Shown piece after piece: positions 39,533 through 53,422 of a DNA stretch of 64,000 nt. The stretch lies in assembly GCA_963693115.1 (NCBI GenBank), contig OY843750.1:1660680-1724679 (forward strand), in the 5' to 3' direction. This stretch comes from Spirochaetia bacterium. GTDB lineage: Bacteria; Spirochaetota; Spirochaetia; WTKD01; G963693115. The notes beneath the pieces are model-generated. The model was not told where the DNA came from, did no database searches, and saw nothing but the letters and a program-made list of their open reading frames with translations. The translations under genes and the position numbers were made by a program. How positions within the stretch are numbered: position 1 is the stretch's first letter; each line of letters starts with the position of its first letter.

Positions 39533-39943
39533 TTACGGCTCCTTTGCTTTAGATCTCCATGAGTCTGTTGTGGGCTTCCATAAGTTAGAAAGCTCCTCTT
39601 TTGTTGGATCTCGGTACCATTTACGTGTCCAATCTTTTCCTGTTGGCTTCATATTATGTTTAGTATCTTTCACGATTACACCTCCTTCTGTTTTTGCAGT
39701 AATTTGTGTAGTATCTTCTTCTCTTTTTACAGCAATTGCAGCGTGTACGTGATCGCCGACTATTGTTCCTATAAATTCTCCCGGAACAACCCTAATTACT
39801 TCTACCGGTTTTTCTTGTAGTTTTTTTTCCCTTATTTCATACCATTTTTCTTTCATTCCCTCTTTAGGATTAATATGTATAGTAGGCACGTGGGTACACG
39901 ATACCTTATACATAGCAATATCAACTCCACTACAAGACGCCAT
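39533..39943 (-). pseudogene. orphan, N-terminally truncated copy of the M23/LytM-like C-terminal module
   Basis: The 136-aa ORF can be aligned with the C-terminus of 35022..36830. Shared segments are INPK, GEFIGTIVG[ND]HV[RH]AAI and YRDPT..EL.NLWKPT.D. It has no signal peptide or repeats and no obvious SD. It lies 39 nt downstream of the gcvP stop. Confidence 0.55.
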
Positions 39944-39982
39944 AACACGCCGTCCACGCTTTGTCGCATGAGGTTTTCACCC

Positions 39983-42922
39983 CTACGTATACGAGGTCAG
40001 TGGCGGACACGAACATACGAGATTGCGATCTCCCTGCACATCGTCTATACGCTCAACTGGAGGCCAATATTTAGCATAATTCTGTGTTTGTGCACTCGCA
40101 ATACTGCGCGAGTATGGAAGTGAATACGTATCTGACATCACTGTTTCGATTGTATGAGGAGCATTTTTTAGTGGGTTGTTTGACTTGTCCCATTGTCCCT
40201 GCTCTATTAGGTCAATCTCTTTTCTAATATCGCGCAAGGCTGCTATAAAGCGATCAAGTTCTTGCCGTGGCTCTGATTCGGTCGGTTCAAGCATGAGGGT
40301 TCCTACAACGGGCCACGACATCGTAGGTGCATGAAACCCGTAATCGATGAGTCGTTTTGCAATGTCTTGTACCGTTACCCCGCTGGTTTCGCGAACGACT
40401 CGAGTATCGAGTACACATTCGTGTGCCACAAGTCCAGCGTTTCCTTTATACAAAACGGGAAAATATTCGTTAAGCAAACAAGAAAGATAGTTGGCATTCA
40501 ATATAGCGTATTGCGTCGCTTCAGTAAGACCGTCACCACCGAGCAAACGAATATACATCCATGATATAGGGAGTATAGATGCAGAACCGTAGGGAGCCGA
40601 AGCAATACGCAGTTCCTTGGTTTCGTTTATCGATGAATCGTGTACGTTCTTTTCTCTTCTTGTATTTCCTATTTCTTCTCCTGTAGAAGGAAGAAATTCA
40701 GCCAGATGCGTCGCTACCCCTATTGGTCCGACGCCAGGACCACCACCCCCATGCGGTATACAAAATGTTTTATGAAGATTCATATGGCATACATCCGCTC
40801 CAATATCTGCTGGACGGGCGAGACCAACCATGGAATTGAGATTTGCCCCATCAAGGTATACCTGACCACCACAATCGTGTATAAGTTTACATATATCGAC
40901 TATATCACTTTCAAATACTCCATGGGTAGAAGGATAGGTAATCATAAGCGCTGCAAGACGCTCCTTATGTTCTGTCGCTTTATTTCTGAGATCATCCAGT
41001 GATACATTGCCATGAGTATCGCATTTTACCACCATGATATCCATGCCTGCCATTTGTGCAGACGCAGGATTTGTTCCGTGTGCCGATTCGGGAATAAGGC
41101 AGAGCTTCCTATTTGTCTCCCCTTTTTGTGCAAAATAGGTCTTGATGGCAAGCAGACCTGCATATTCGCCCTGACTGCCAGAGTTGGGTTGAAAACTTAC
41201 CTTACTAAACCCAGTAATTTCGCAAAGCCACTCTTCTAGCTGGCTAAGCATACGCATATAGCCCTTGCGGTACTTGCTCGGAGCAAAGGGATGTACGTTT
41301 GCTATCTGTGGCCAACTCACAGGAATCATCTCTACGGCTGCATTGAGTTTCATGGTACACGATCCCAAGGGAATCATACTACGGTCAAGGGCAAGGTCCT
41401 TGTTTACGAGCTCCCGCAAAAAACGCATAAAACTCGTTTCTGACTTATTGAGGTGAAAAGGTGCTTGAGATAAAAAATCCTCCCCACGCGCCCCATAGTT
41501 CAACATCGATCCGCCAGTACTATCAGTTATCTCATCACGAGCATAGTTTGCTACATCCTCGCTACCACGTATAGTTTCTTTAGTGGTTTCTTTGGTAGCC
41601 TCATTAGCTAGCTCCTGAGTAGGTGCTTGGGCAAGTGGTATCGAAAACACGTCGGCGAGCATCCTGAGTGTGTCTTGTGTGCATGTTTCATCAAAGCTAA
41701 GGGCTATGTTTTTCGGATCAATTACCCGTAGCAACAAACCAGTTTTTTCTGCTTTTTCTGCAATTGCATATGCATCAGCAACACGTACCGTGAGCGTATC
41801 AAAATAGTGTTGCGTAGCAATCTTATAAGCACCAGCCTCAAGGCTTCTCGCAAAACGTTTCGTTAGCGTGTGTATACGCTGTGCAATAGCAATGAGCCCC
41901 TTGGGTCCATGCCATATCGCGTAGGCTACTGCCATATTTGCGAGGAGTGCCTGAGCAGTACATATATTGGACGTTGCTTTTTCACGTCTGATATGCTGTT
42001 CTCGCGTCTGGAGTGTGAGTCTGTACGCAGGTCTACCATTGGCATCCCTTGACTGCCCAACCAAACGACCTGGCAATAAGCGTGCAAGCTCTTTATCAAC
42101 AGCCATATACGCCGCATGTGGTCCACCATTTCCCATGGGTACGCCATATCGTTGCATACTTCCCACTACAATATCGGCACCCATGCGAGCAGGTGCGTCC
42201 ATCAGGAGTAGTGACATAGGATCGGCAACGATAATAACGAGACAGCCCAAGCGTCGAGCGTTCTGTATGACATCGTCAAAGTTTTCTATCGCACCATAGG
42301 TATCGGGGCGTTGTATGACAATGGCTATTACCTCTTCGCTCAAGAGGGAGGGGTCATCGCTGAGTTCTAAACCTATCTGAGTACAACGAGTATTGAGTAC
42401 CTGCACGTTTTGTGGATGCAAGGCGTTGACCGTCACTATCTTTGTACGACGCTCCCTATGTTTTCTAAATGCAAGCGTAACTGCCTCGGCTATTGCCGTT
42501 CCTTCGTCTAAAAGGGATGCATTTGCAATATCCAAGCCCGTGAGCTCACATACAAGCGTTTGATAGTAGAAAAGCAACTCCAGTCTTCCTTGGCTTATCT
42601 CAGACTGGTATGGAGTATACGATGTGTACCAACCGGGGTTTTCAAAGAGGTTTCTAAGAATAGCTGAAGGTACATACGTATTGTGATACCCTTGCCCTAT
42701 GAGTGACTGCGCCTGCGGAACATCGCTAAACATGGATGAAAGTTCTTTTAGTGCTTGGTGCTCGTTTGTTCCTTCGGGAATCGTAAGGCTCTGCTTATAT
42801 CGAATGACGTCGGGAACAGCATCATTTATAAGCGAATCCAACGATTCGTAACCTAAAAGCTTGAGCATTTCTTGTGCATCTTTGACACTAGGTCCTATAT
42901 GCCTATGCGTAAATTTCTGCAT
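39983..42922 (-). CDS. gcvP: glycine dehydrogenase (decarboxylating), single-chain P-protein
   Basis: A 979-aa protein with HRHIGPS at the N-terminus, MIPLGSCTMKLNA, and NLHKTFCIPHGGGGPG as the PLP-lysine region. Confidence 0.92.
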   Translation of the reverse strand: MQKFTHRHIGPSVKDAQEMLKLLGYESLDSLINDAVPDVIRYKQSLTIPEGTNEHQALKELSSMFSDVPQAQSLIGQGYHNTYVPSAILRNLFENPGWYTSYTPYQSEISQGRLELLFYYQTLVCELTGLDIANASLLDEGTAIAEAVTLAFRKHRERRTKIVTVNALHPQNVQVLNTRCTQIGLELSDDPSLLSEEVIAIVIQRPDTYGAIENFDDVIQNARRLGCLVIIVADPMSLLLMDAPARMGADIVVGSMQRYGVPMGNGGPHAAYMAVDKELARLLPGRLVGQSRDANGRPAYRLTLQTREQHIRREKATSNICTAQALLANMAVAYAIWHGPKGLIAIAQRIHTLTKRFARSLEAGAYKIATQHYFDTLTVRVADAYAIAEKAEKTGLLLRVIDPKNIALSFDETCTQDTLRMLADVFSIPLAQAPTQELANEATKETTKETIRGSEDVANYARDEITDSTGGSMLNYGARGEDFLSQAPFHLNKSETSFMRFLRELVNKDLALDRSMIPLGSCTMKLNAAVEMIPVSWPQIANVHPFAPSKYRKGYMRMLSQLEEWLCEITGFSKVSFQPNSGSQGEYAGLLAIKTYFAQKGETNRKLCLIPESAHGTNPASAQMAGMDIMVVKCDTHGNVSLDDLRNKATEHKERLAALMITYPSTHGVFESDIVDICKLIHDCGGQVYLDGANLNSMVGLARPADIGADVCHMNLHKTFCIPHGGGGPGVGPIGVATHLAEFLPSTGEEIGNTRREKNVHDSSINETKELRIASAPYGSASILPISWMYIRLLGGDGLTEATQYAILNANYLSCLLNEYFPVLYKGNAGLVAHECVLDTRVVRETSGVTVQDIAKRLIDYGFHAPTMSWPVVGTLMLEPTESEPRQELDRFIAALRDIRKEIDLIEQGQWDKSNNPLKNAPHTIETVMSDTYSLPYSRSIASAQTQNYAKYWPPVERIDDVQGDRNLVCSCPPLTSYT

Positions 42923-42990
42923 TATTACTCCTCACTGTTTGTATGCCTGTTACGCAGAGTGCGTAAGTACATACACGTACACACATTTTT

Positions 42991-43356
42991 TCAGTCCAAA
43001 GTCTTCTTGTACTCTTCTTCGCTTAATAGCGAATCACACTCACTGGGATCTGACATATCGATTATTATAAACCACGAATCGCCTGACTCCCTATCATTGA
43101 TTATAGAGGGGTCTTCGATAGCTTTGGTATTCAATTCTACCACTTTTCCAGAGACAGGTGCGTATACGTCGGATGCAGCCTTAACCGATTCTACTACGAT
43201 AATGGCATCTCCTTTTTTGACTTCCTGATCTAATTTTGGAAGCTCTACATACACTACATCACCGAGCTCTTGTAAGGCGTGATCGGTAATGGTGAGCTTT
43301 GCTTTGTTGTTGTCAACCGCAATGCATTCATGGGTTTTTGCAAAATATTTATACAT
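42991..43356 (-). CDS. gcvH: glycine cleavage system H protein
   Basis: Contains the lipoyl-lysine motif VESVKAASDVYAPVSG. It is 121 aa. Confidence 0.92.
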   Translation of the reverse strand: MYKYFAKTHECIAVDNNKAKLTITDHALQELGDVVYVELPKLDQEVKKGDAIIVVESVKAASDVYAPVSGKVVELNTKAIEDPSIINDRESGDSWFIIIDMSDPSECDSLLSEEEYKKTLD

Positions 43357-43492
43357 ATATTCCTCCTGTATACGATGTTAATGTGATTTTATAATTTTCT
43401 TGTTTCTCATGGTGTGCTTCGTTCTTGGCTAAAGTATCTGATTTTTTTACATACTGGCTTATCATTATTCTGTTATATCTTTACCTATGTAT

Positions 43493-44644
43493 TCATCTGG
43501 CATACCGTGGTGGAATAAAAGGTAACTTTACCACTTTTGCGGGAATTCTATTTGCTCTAACTGCCACCACAAGGTTCGTCTCAGTTTTTGCAAGTTCTTG
43601 AGGTACGTACGCCATTGCTATAGGATGTCCAAGACTAGGAGAAAACAAACCCGAACTCACAAATCCCACTGCTTCTTCACCCAAAAAAACCTCACTTCCT
43701 CGCCTTGCAGGAAGCCTTCCCTCTAAACTGAGCCCAACCCGTTTCTTGGGTACACGTTTTTCATTAATCTGAGCAAGTATAGCTTCTGCTCCCAAAAAAG
43801 CCCCACTTTGTCTTTGGTTTTTTCCAACAGCAAAACTGAGTCCCGCTTCTACAGGTGTTGTGTGCTCATCTATATCGTTACCATAGAGTGGCATCCCCGC
43901 TTCAAGTCTGAGCGAATCGCGCGCTCCCAATCCGACAGGGCGAACTCTTGTATCAGAAAGCAAATGTTCTGCAAGTGTAGTTGCATAGGATACAGGCACT
44001 GATATTTCAAAACCGTCTTCACCCGTATAACCCGAGCGACTTACAAAGCAAGGCTGCCCCTCTAGTTCAAATTGAGCGACCTGCATGAACACCATGTCTT
44101 TAACCTCAGGACATCTTTGCTCCATTACAGATACTGCTAAAGGCCCTTGAAACGCTAACAGAGCCCTATCATCACGAGGTACAAGTACCACAGTGTCACC
44201 GCAATATTTCCGCATATGCGCAAGGTCTACCGACTTGCGAGATGCATTTACCACTATGTGCAACTGTAGTGCACCCGCCTCATTTGCGTGAGCATGTGCC
44301 ACCTCTTCTGAAAGTCGGGCAACCATACAGTCATCAACTATTCCTCCCTCTTCGTTTAGTAGAAGAGAGTATTTTTGGCTTCCTGCATCGAGATTCTGAA
44401 TGTCAGAAGAAACTACACGCTCTAATGCCTTTGCTGCAATATCAAAAGAAGTAGCATGGACAGAGATTTGCCCCATATGTGACACGTCAAAAAGCCCTGC
44501 CGATGTACGAGTGTGGATATGTTCTTCTATAATGCCACTATACTGCAAGGGCATACTGTACCCTGCAAACTCTACCATCTTGGCTCCGAGTTTTACATGC
44601 AAATTATATAATGGAGTTTTTATTATGGGTTGATCCTTAGACAT
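43493..44644 (-). CDS. gcvT: glycine cleavage system aminomethyltransferase T
   Basis: TPLY..H...GAKMVEFAGYSMPLQY and GLFDVSHMGQ are typical GcvT motifs. Confidence 0.92.
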   Translation of the reverse strand: MSKDQPIIKTPLYNLHVKLGAKMVEFAGYSMPLQYSGIIEEHIHTRTSAGLFDVSHMGQISVHATSFDIAAKALERVVSSDIQNLDAGSQKYSLLLNEEGGIVDDCMVARLSEEVAHAHANEAGALQLHIVVNASRKSVDLAHMRKYCGDTVVLVPRDDRALLAFQGPLAVSVMEQRCPEVKDMVFMQVAQFELEGQPCFVSRSGYTGEDGFEISVPVSYATTLAEHLLSDTRVRPVGLGARDSLRLEAGMPLYGNDIDEHTTPVEAGLSFAVGKNQRQSGAFLGAEAILAQINEKRVPKKRVGLSLEGRLPARRGSEVFLGEEAVGFVSSGLFSPSLGHPIAMAYVPQELAKTETNLVVAVRANRIPAKVVKLPFIPPRYAR

Positions 44645-44671
44645 AGTACCTCATAAATCAAGTTTACTATC

Positions 44672-44891
44672 CCCCTCTGTCTTGTGACCTGAAAGTTTTA
44701 CAGCATATTATTGCTGCTTGCCTCTTCGGTGCTCATGGCTCTCCAGAGTTTACTAAAAACAGCAGTCCTTTTGCCTGAGAGTTTCCGGGGAACGTTTCAC
44801 CTTCGGCGATGCATAGTTAAGCCGAGAACCAAAAAAGCTATAAAGCAAAAATAATGATTCGGGACATACTAATACATGCTCTCCTGCTGTT
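44672..44891 (-). promoter_or_regulatory. tandem glycine riboswitch (two aptamers) in the gcvT leader
   Basis: Minus-strand aptamer 1 reads ACAGCAGGAGAG...CGCCGAAGGTGAAAC...CTCTCAGGCAAAAGGACTGCTGT, with P1 ACAGCAG/CTGCTGT. Aptamer 2 reads CTCTGGAGAGCCATGAGCACCGAAGAGGCAAGC...TTTCAGGTCACAAGACAGAG. Both match the conserved GGAGAG / CCGAAGG / CAGG..A..GAC cores. Confidence 0.85.
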
Positions 44892-45213
44892 TTTTGTAGC
44901 GAATTACTGCCATGTACAGTATAACACAATCGCCACGTGTAGTTATTGCTTATAATTACCAGCATGTGAGTATAGCGCACTTTCTCACCCATATATTGAT
45001 ACGATATTGACGATACGAGTACGGCTGAGAGCTATGCTAAAAAACCCATAAAAAACAAGCAAAGTTCTTGCTACACATAATTGGTGAATTAGGATAATAT
45101 GCGATACTACAATGAGGTGAACGAAATGTGGTAACCAAACATCTTTTGTGCCACTTCTCCATCTGCATTAACTTAGCCATTTATCCTTTACTGGCTATGC
45201 TTGTTTGTTAATC

Positions 45214-46554
45214 TTATTGACTATGCCAGCTCGGTGGAATGAATGTTGTATCACAATTTGCACCAGTATCTCTAAACATATAAGTTTTCTTCACTCCTGT
45301 CCTTAGCTTTGATTCCCAGTTAGCTAGATCTTGGCAAAAGGAAGTAGCATTATAAAACATCCAAGACATATCGGTAACCTTTGAGACGCCCCAATTTTTA
45401 ATGTCACTGTTAAATGCACTTGCATCACCAAACATATCGCTCATATCGGTAACCGCTGATACATTCCAGTCTTTTAGGTTGCTATTAAATACCGTTGCTT
45501 CTCTAAACATACTATTCATATTTGTGACCTTTTCTACGTTCCATTTACTAATGTCTTGGTTAAAAGCAAATGCTTTATAAAACATACGATCCATCTTAGT
45601 AACCGATGACACATCCCAGTCGCCTATGTTCTGGTTAAAAACACTTGCTCCAAAAAACATCCAATCAGTACTTTTAACCTTTCCTACCTTCCACTCGCTA
45701 ATGTCTTGGTTAAAGTCTGTGGCATTATAAAACATACTGCTCATATCAGTGACTTCTGACACATCCCAGCCTTTAATGTCGCCATTAAAGGCTGTTGCAT
45801 TATAAAACATATTAGACATATCGGTGACCGCTGATACATTCCAACTCCCTATGTTTTGGTCAAAGGCATTTGTATAACTAAACATAAAAGCTACATCTGT
45901 GACCTTTCCTACCTTCCATTTACTAATATCCTGGTTAAATACATGTGCAGTAGAAAACATACTGCTCATATCAGTGACCGCTGATACATTCCAGTTTCCT
46001 ATGTCTTGGTTAAAGTCTGTTGCATTATAAAACATGCTAGTCATACCAGTGACCGCTGAAACATCCCAGCCTTTAATGTCGCCATTAAAGGCTGTTGCAT
46101 TATAAAACATATTAGACATATCGGTGACCGCTGATACATCCCAGTCTTTAAGGTTGCTGTTAAATGCACGTGCTCCACTAAACATACTAACCATACTGGT
46201 GACCGCTGATACATTCCAACATGCTATACTGCCTTTGAATTCTGCTTTATCCTTAAACAATTCATCCATATTATCTATATTCGATGTATCTATGTAGTTG
46301 AGATCAGCCTTATCGTTGTTTAAAATAGTTCTATTGATCTCCGTAATAAGATCTTCTTTTATCTCAGGTGCTCTTGTAGTCCTTATAGTATCGCAGTCAA
46401 TATTGCCAGTATTATTGCTGGTCTTATTATTGTCACTACTAAGACTACCGATGTCATCGGTACACGATACTATTGCCCCCATAAGCACAAAGCATACTCC
46501 CACAAGGGTATACCCATTATAAAGACGATTTGATATGGTACTATGGCTATTCAT
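45214..46554 (-). CDS. DUF285/BspA-type repeat lipoprotein (divergent paralogue, 446 aa)
   Basis: The signal peptide has a lipobox-like GAIVSC. The repeats are FNxDIxxWDVSAVTDMSxMFxxAxA. They are more divergent at nucleotide level than the array copies. Confidence 0.8.
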   Translation of the reverse strand: MNSHSTISNRLYNGYTLVGVCFVLMGAIVSCTDDIGSLSSDNNKTSNNTGNIDCDTIRTTRAPEIKEDLITEINRTILNNDKADLNYIDTSNIDNMDELFKDKAEFKGSIACWNVSAVTSMVSMFSGARAFNSNLKDWDVSAVTDMSNMFYNATAFNGDIKGWDVSAVTGMTSMFYNATDFNQDIGNWNVSAVTDMSSMFSTAHVFNQDISKWKVGKVTDVAFMFSYTNAFDQNIGSWNVSAVTDMSNMFYNATAFNGDIKGWDVSEVTDMSSMFYNATDFNQDISEWKVGKVKSTDWMFFGASVFNQNIGDWDVSSVTKMDRMFYKAFAFNQDISKWNVEKVTNMNSMFREATVFNSNLKDWNVSAVTDMSDMFGDASAFNSDIKNWGVSKVTDMSWMFYNATSFCQDLANWESKLRTGVKKTYMFRDTGANCDTTFIPPSWHSQ

Positions 46555-46875
46555 ATGACACTCACACGTATTACTTATTTTTATTTTTGTTTTGAATTTC
46601 TGTAGTTACTATACCTTGCATTTACACTAGTAACAGATATATATATTATATAAAATCACTTAGTTACTTTACATAGTATACTATAATGCATCTGTGCTAA
46701 TCTCAATGTCCAAAGTATAAAGCACATGCCCACCTTCTAAAATAGTAAACCTTATCGTATATAGTACTCTTTTTCATATGTTGATAATACACCCGCTAAT
46801 AAAAATACTGACCTTTAAAATACAGACAGTCAAAATTATTTACCATACACCCTTTATACATCTGCTATCATAATC

Positions 46876-47028
46876 ATGGAAGGAAAAAACGTGAAAGACC
46901 AACAAAAAGAACCCCAACAAGAAAAAAACAGAACAGATAAAAACAAGAGGCGCATATTAGTTGTAATAATGGTAGCCGCTATGTCGGCAACCATTATATA
47001 TATGCTATGGGCATATAAGGCTTTTTAA
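46876..47028 (+). CDS. possible 50-aa small membrane protein (basic N-terminus plus one hydrophobic helix)
   Basis: My translation is MEGKNVKDQQKEPQQEKNRTDKNKRRILVVIMVAAMSATIIYMLWAYKAF. It is below the length cutoff of the ORF track, and I saw no homology. Confidence 0.25.
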   Translation: MEGKNVKDQQKEPQQEKNRTDKNKRRILVVIMVAAMSATIIYMLWAYKAF

Positions 47029-47253
47029 AGCATCAAAAAACTAAAGACATTCACGACAGTTTTACTCATGCCTGCTCACGACATGCCTTGTGTGCATCAA
47101 GATATTCAATAATCTCTAGGGCTTTACAAAGGAAGACCCAGAAGAAAACACCAGAAGAAAACACCAGAATTTCCCCCTGAAACATCCACCGAAATCATAG
47201 TAATCAGATATCGCTACATACAACAAAGGCACACGATATACCAGCGCCTTGTG

Positions 47254-48684
47254 TCAAGTAAAATAAGGAATCATATCTCCATGAGCGAGCAATAGCTCGT
47301 CCACCATAGATACTATCGCATCAAGACTCAAACTAGCCGCAGTATGTGGATCAAGAAACGCTGCATGATAAACATGTTCTTTTTTGTTTGTCTTGATAGC
47401 CTCAACAGTCAGTTCTTGCACTAGCACATTAGTCGTCATGAGGGCTACAAGATGAGGCGGAATATTACCATAATGTACAGGACGGATTCCCTTAGCATCA
47501 ACCACACATTCGGCCTCAACCAGCGCATTTTGCGAAAGATTTGATATTATTCCCTCATTAGGAACGTTTGCATACACCACCGTAGGCACATTATCCACAA
47601 CTGCCTTGACAATTTGCACACCATATTCGACGCTTTTCTCAAAGCGAAAGGTATCTGAACTCAGGTCGTTATCTTGTAATAACTTCTTTTCAAAGGCTTT
47701 CCACTCCTCAATTTGCAATTCACATCGTCTCGGGTACTCATTGAGTGGAATATCAAACTGTTCTAAGAGACGTACATTATGGTTCTGAATAAACCACGGC
47801 ACGTATTCACTAAAATGTTCGCTTGACTCAGTCACAAAATAGCCAAAATGCTTAAACACATTATACCGTACCCTATCAGCAAGATCTTTACCTAAGAGGG
47901 GACGACGTGGATCAAAAGAAGCATCGGAGAGTAACGCGCGCAAATCGGGATACATATCTCGACCTTGATACGTGAGGCTGAGAAAAAAAGCGAGATGATT
48001 GATGCCTGCCACCTTGTATTCGAGACTGTTGCGTGCAAGCCCTAAATCTTCCTCAAGCTGATGTGCAGTATGGGGTATGCTATGACAAAGACCGTAACTC
48101 TTTATTGAAGTGAGACTAGACATGGCAAGCTGGTTCATGGCCATAGGGTTGACATAGTTCAAAAACAGAGTCTGTGGGCAATGTTTTTCCATAAGTGCAC
48201 AATACTCCAAGAGCACCGGAATCGTACGGAGCGCCCTCATGATTCCCCCAATACCAAGCGTATCGCCGATGGTTTGGCGCAGACCATATTTTTGTGGAAT
48301 CTCAAAATCTATTACCGTCGACGGAGTATATCCCCCCACTTGAAACATAGAAAACACAAAATCTGCTCCTTCTAAGGCCCTTGTAATATCTCTATATGCA
48401 GAAATTTTCATGGGTAATTTTTTCTGTGTTCCCATTGACTGTGTTCCCATTGACTGTCTTTCCATTGACTGAGACCCAGATGAATGAGACCCAGAGCTAT
48501 GCTGTGTAGCGTACAGTGACACAAGTTTTTCAGCTACCTGTGTCGAAGTCTTTAGTCGATGTTCATCAATATCATAGAGAGCTAGGTCTATGGATTCCCC
48601 TAGTTGCCACGCAAGCATATCGATAATAAGATTGCGAGCAAAAATTGTACTACCCGCACCTAAAAAAGTAATTTTTATACTCAT
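47254..48684 (-). CDS. melA: GH4-family alpha-galactosidase (NAD+/Mn2+-dependent)
   Basis: The N-terminus KITFLGAGSTIFARNLIIDML is the GH4 Rossmann motif. GLCHS and the overall GH4 pattern are present. It contains a pentapeptide-repeat insertion. Confidence 0.8.
   Translation of the reverse strand: MSIKITFLGAGSTIFARNLIIDMLAWQLGESIDLALYDIDEHRLKTSTQVAEKLVSLYATQHSSGSHSSGSQSMERQSMGTQSMGTQKKLPMKISAYRDITRALEGADFVFSMFQVGGYTPSTVIDFEIPQKYGLRQTIGDTLGIGGIMRALRTIPVLLEYCALMEKHCPQTLFLNYVNPMAMNQLAMSSLTSIKSYGLCHSIPHTAHQLEEDLGLARNSLEYKVAGINHLAFFLSLTYQGRDMYPDLRALLSDASFDPRRPLLGKDLADRVRYNVFKHFGYFVTESSEHFSEYVPWFIQNHNVRLLEQFDIPLNEYPRRCELQIEEWKAFEKKLLQDNDLSSDTFRFEKSVEYGVQIVKAVVDNVPTVVYANVPNEGIISNLSQNALVEAECVVDAKGIRPVHYGNIPPHLVALMTTNVLVQELTVEAIKTNKKEHVYHAAFLDPHTAASLSLDAIVSMVDELLLAHGDMIPYFT
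48426..48500. repeat. five tandem 15-nt units inside melA, encoding the pentapeptide repeats HSSGS HSSGS QSMER QSMGT QSMGT
   Basis: The units are gtgttcccattgact x2, gtctttccattgact, gagacccagatgaat and gagacccagagctat, read directly. Confidence 0.85.
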
Positions 48685-48738
48685 AATTCTTGAATACAGT
48701 TGTAATGACTGCCCTTACTTATTGATTATACCCCACAA

Positions 48739-53417
<4,679 letters not shown>

Positions 53418-53422
53418 ATAGC

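Noticed and set aside
27885-39982. Interpretation of the DUF285 island as a mobile element or prophage.
   Set aside because: I found no integrase, transposase, terminal inverted repeats or tRNA-adjacent attachment site. The only tRNA is 13 kb away. The structure is better explained by local tandem duplication.
44753-44992. 79-aa minus-strand ORF upstream of gcvT.
   Set aside because: It overlaps the glycine riboswitch aptamers and has no recognisable protein features. The region is better explained as structured leader RNA.
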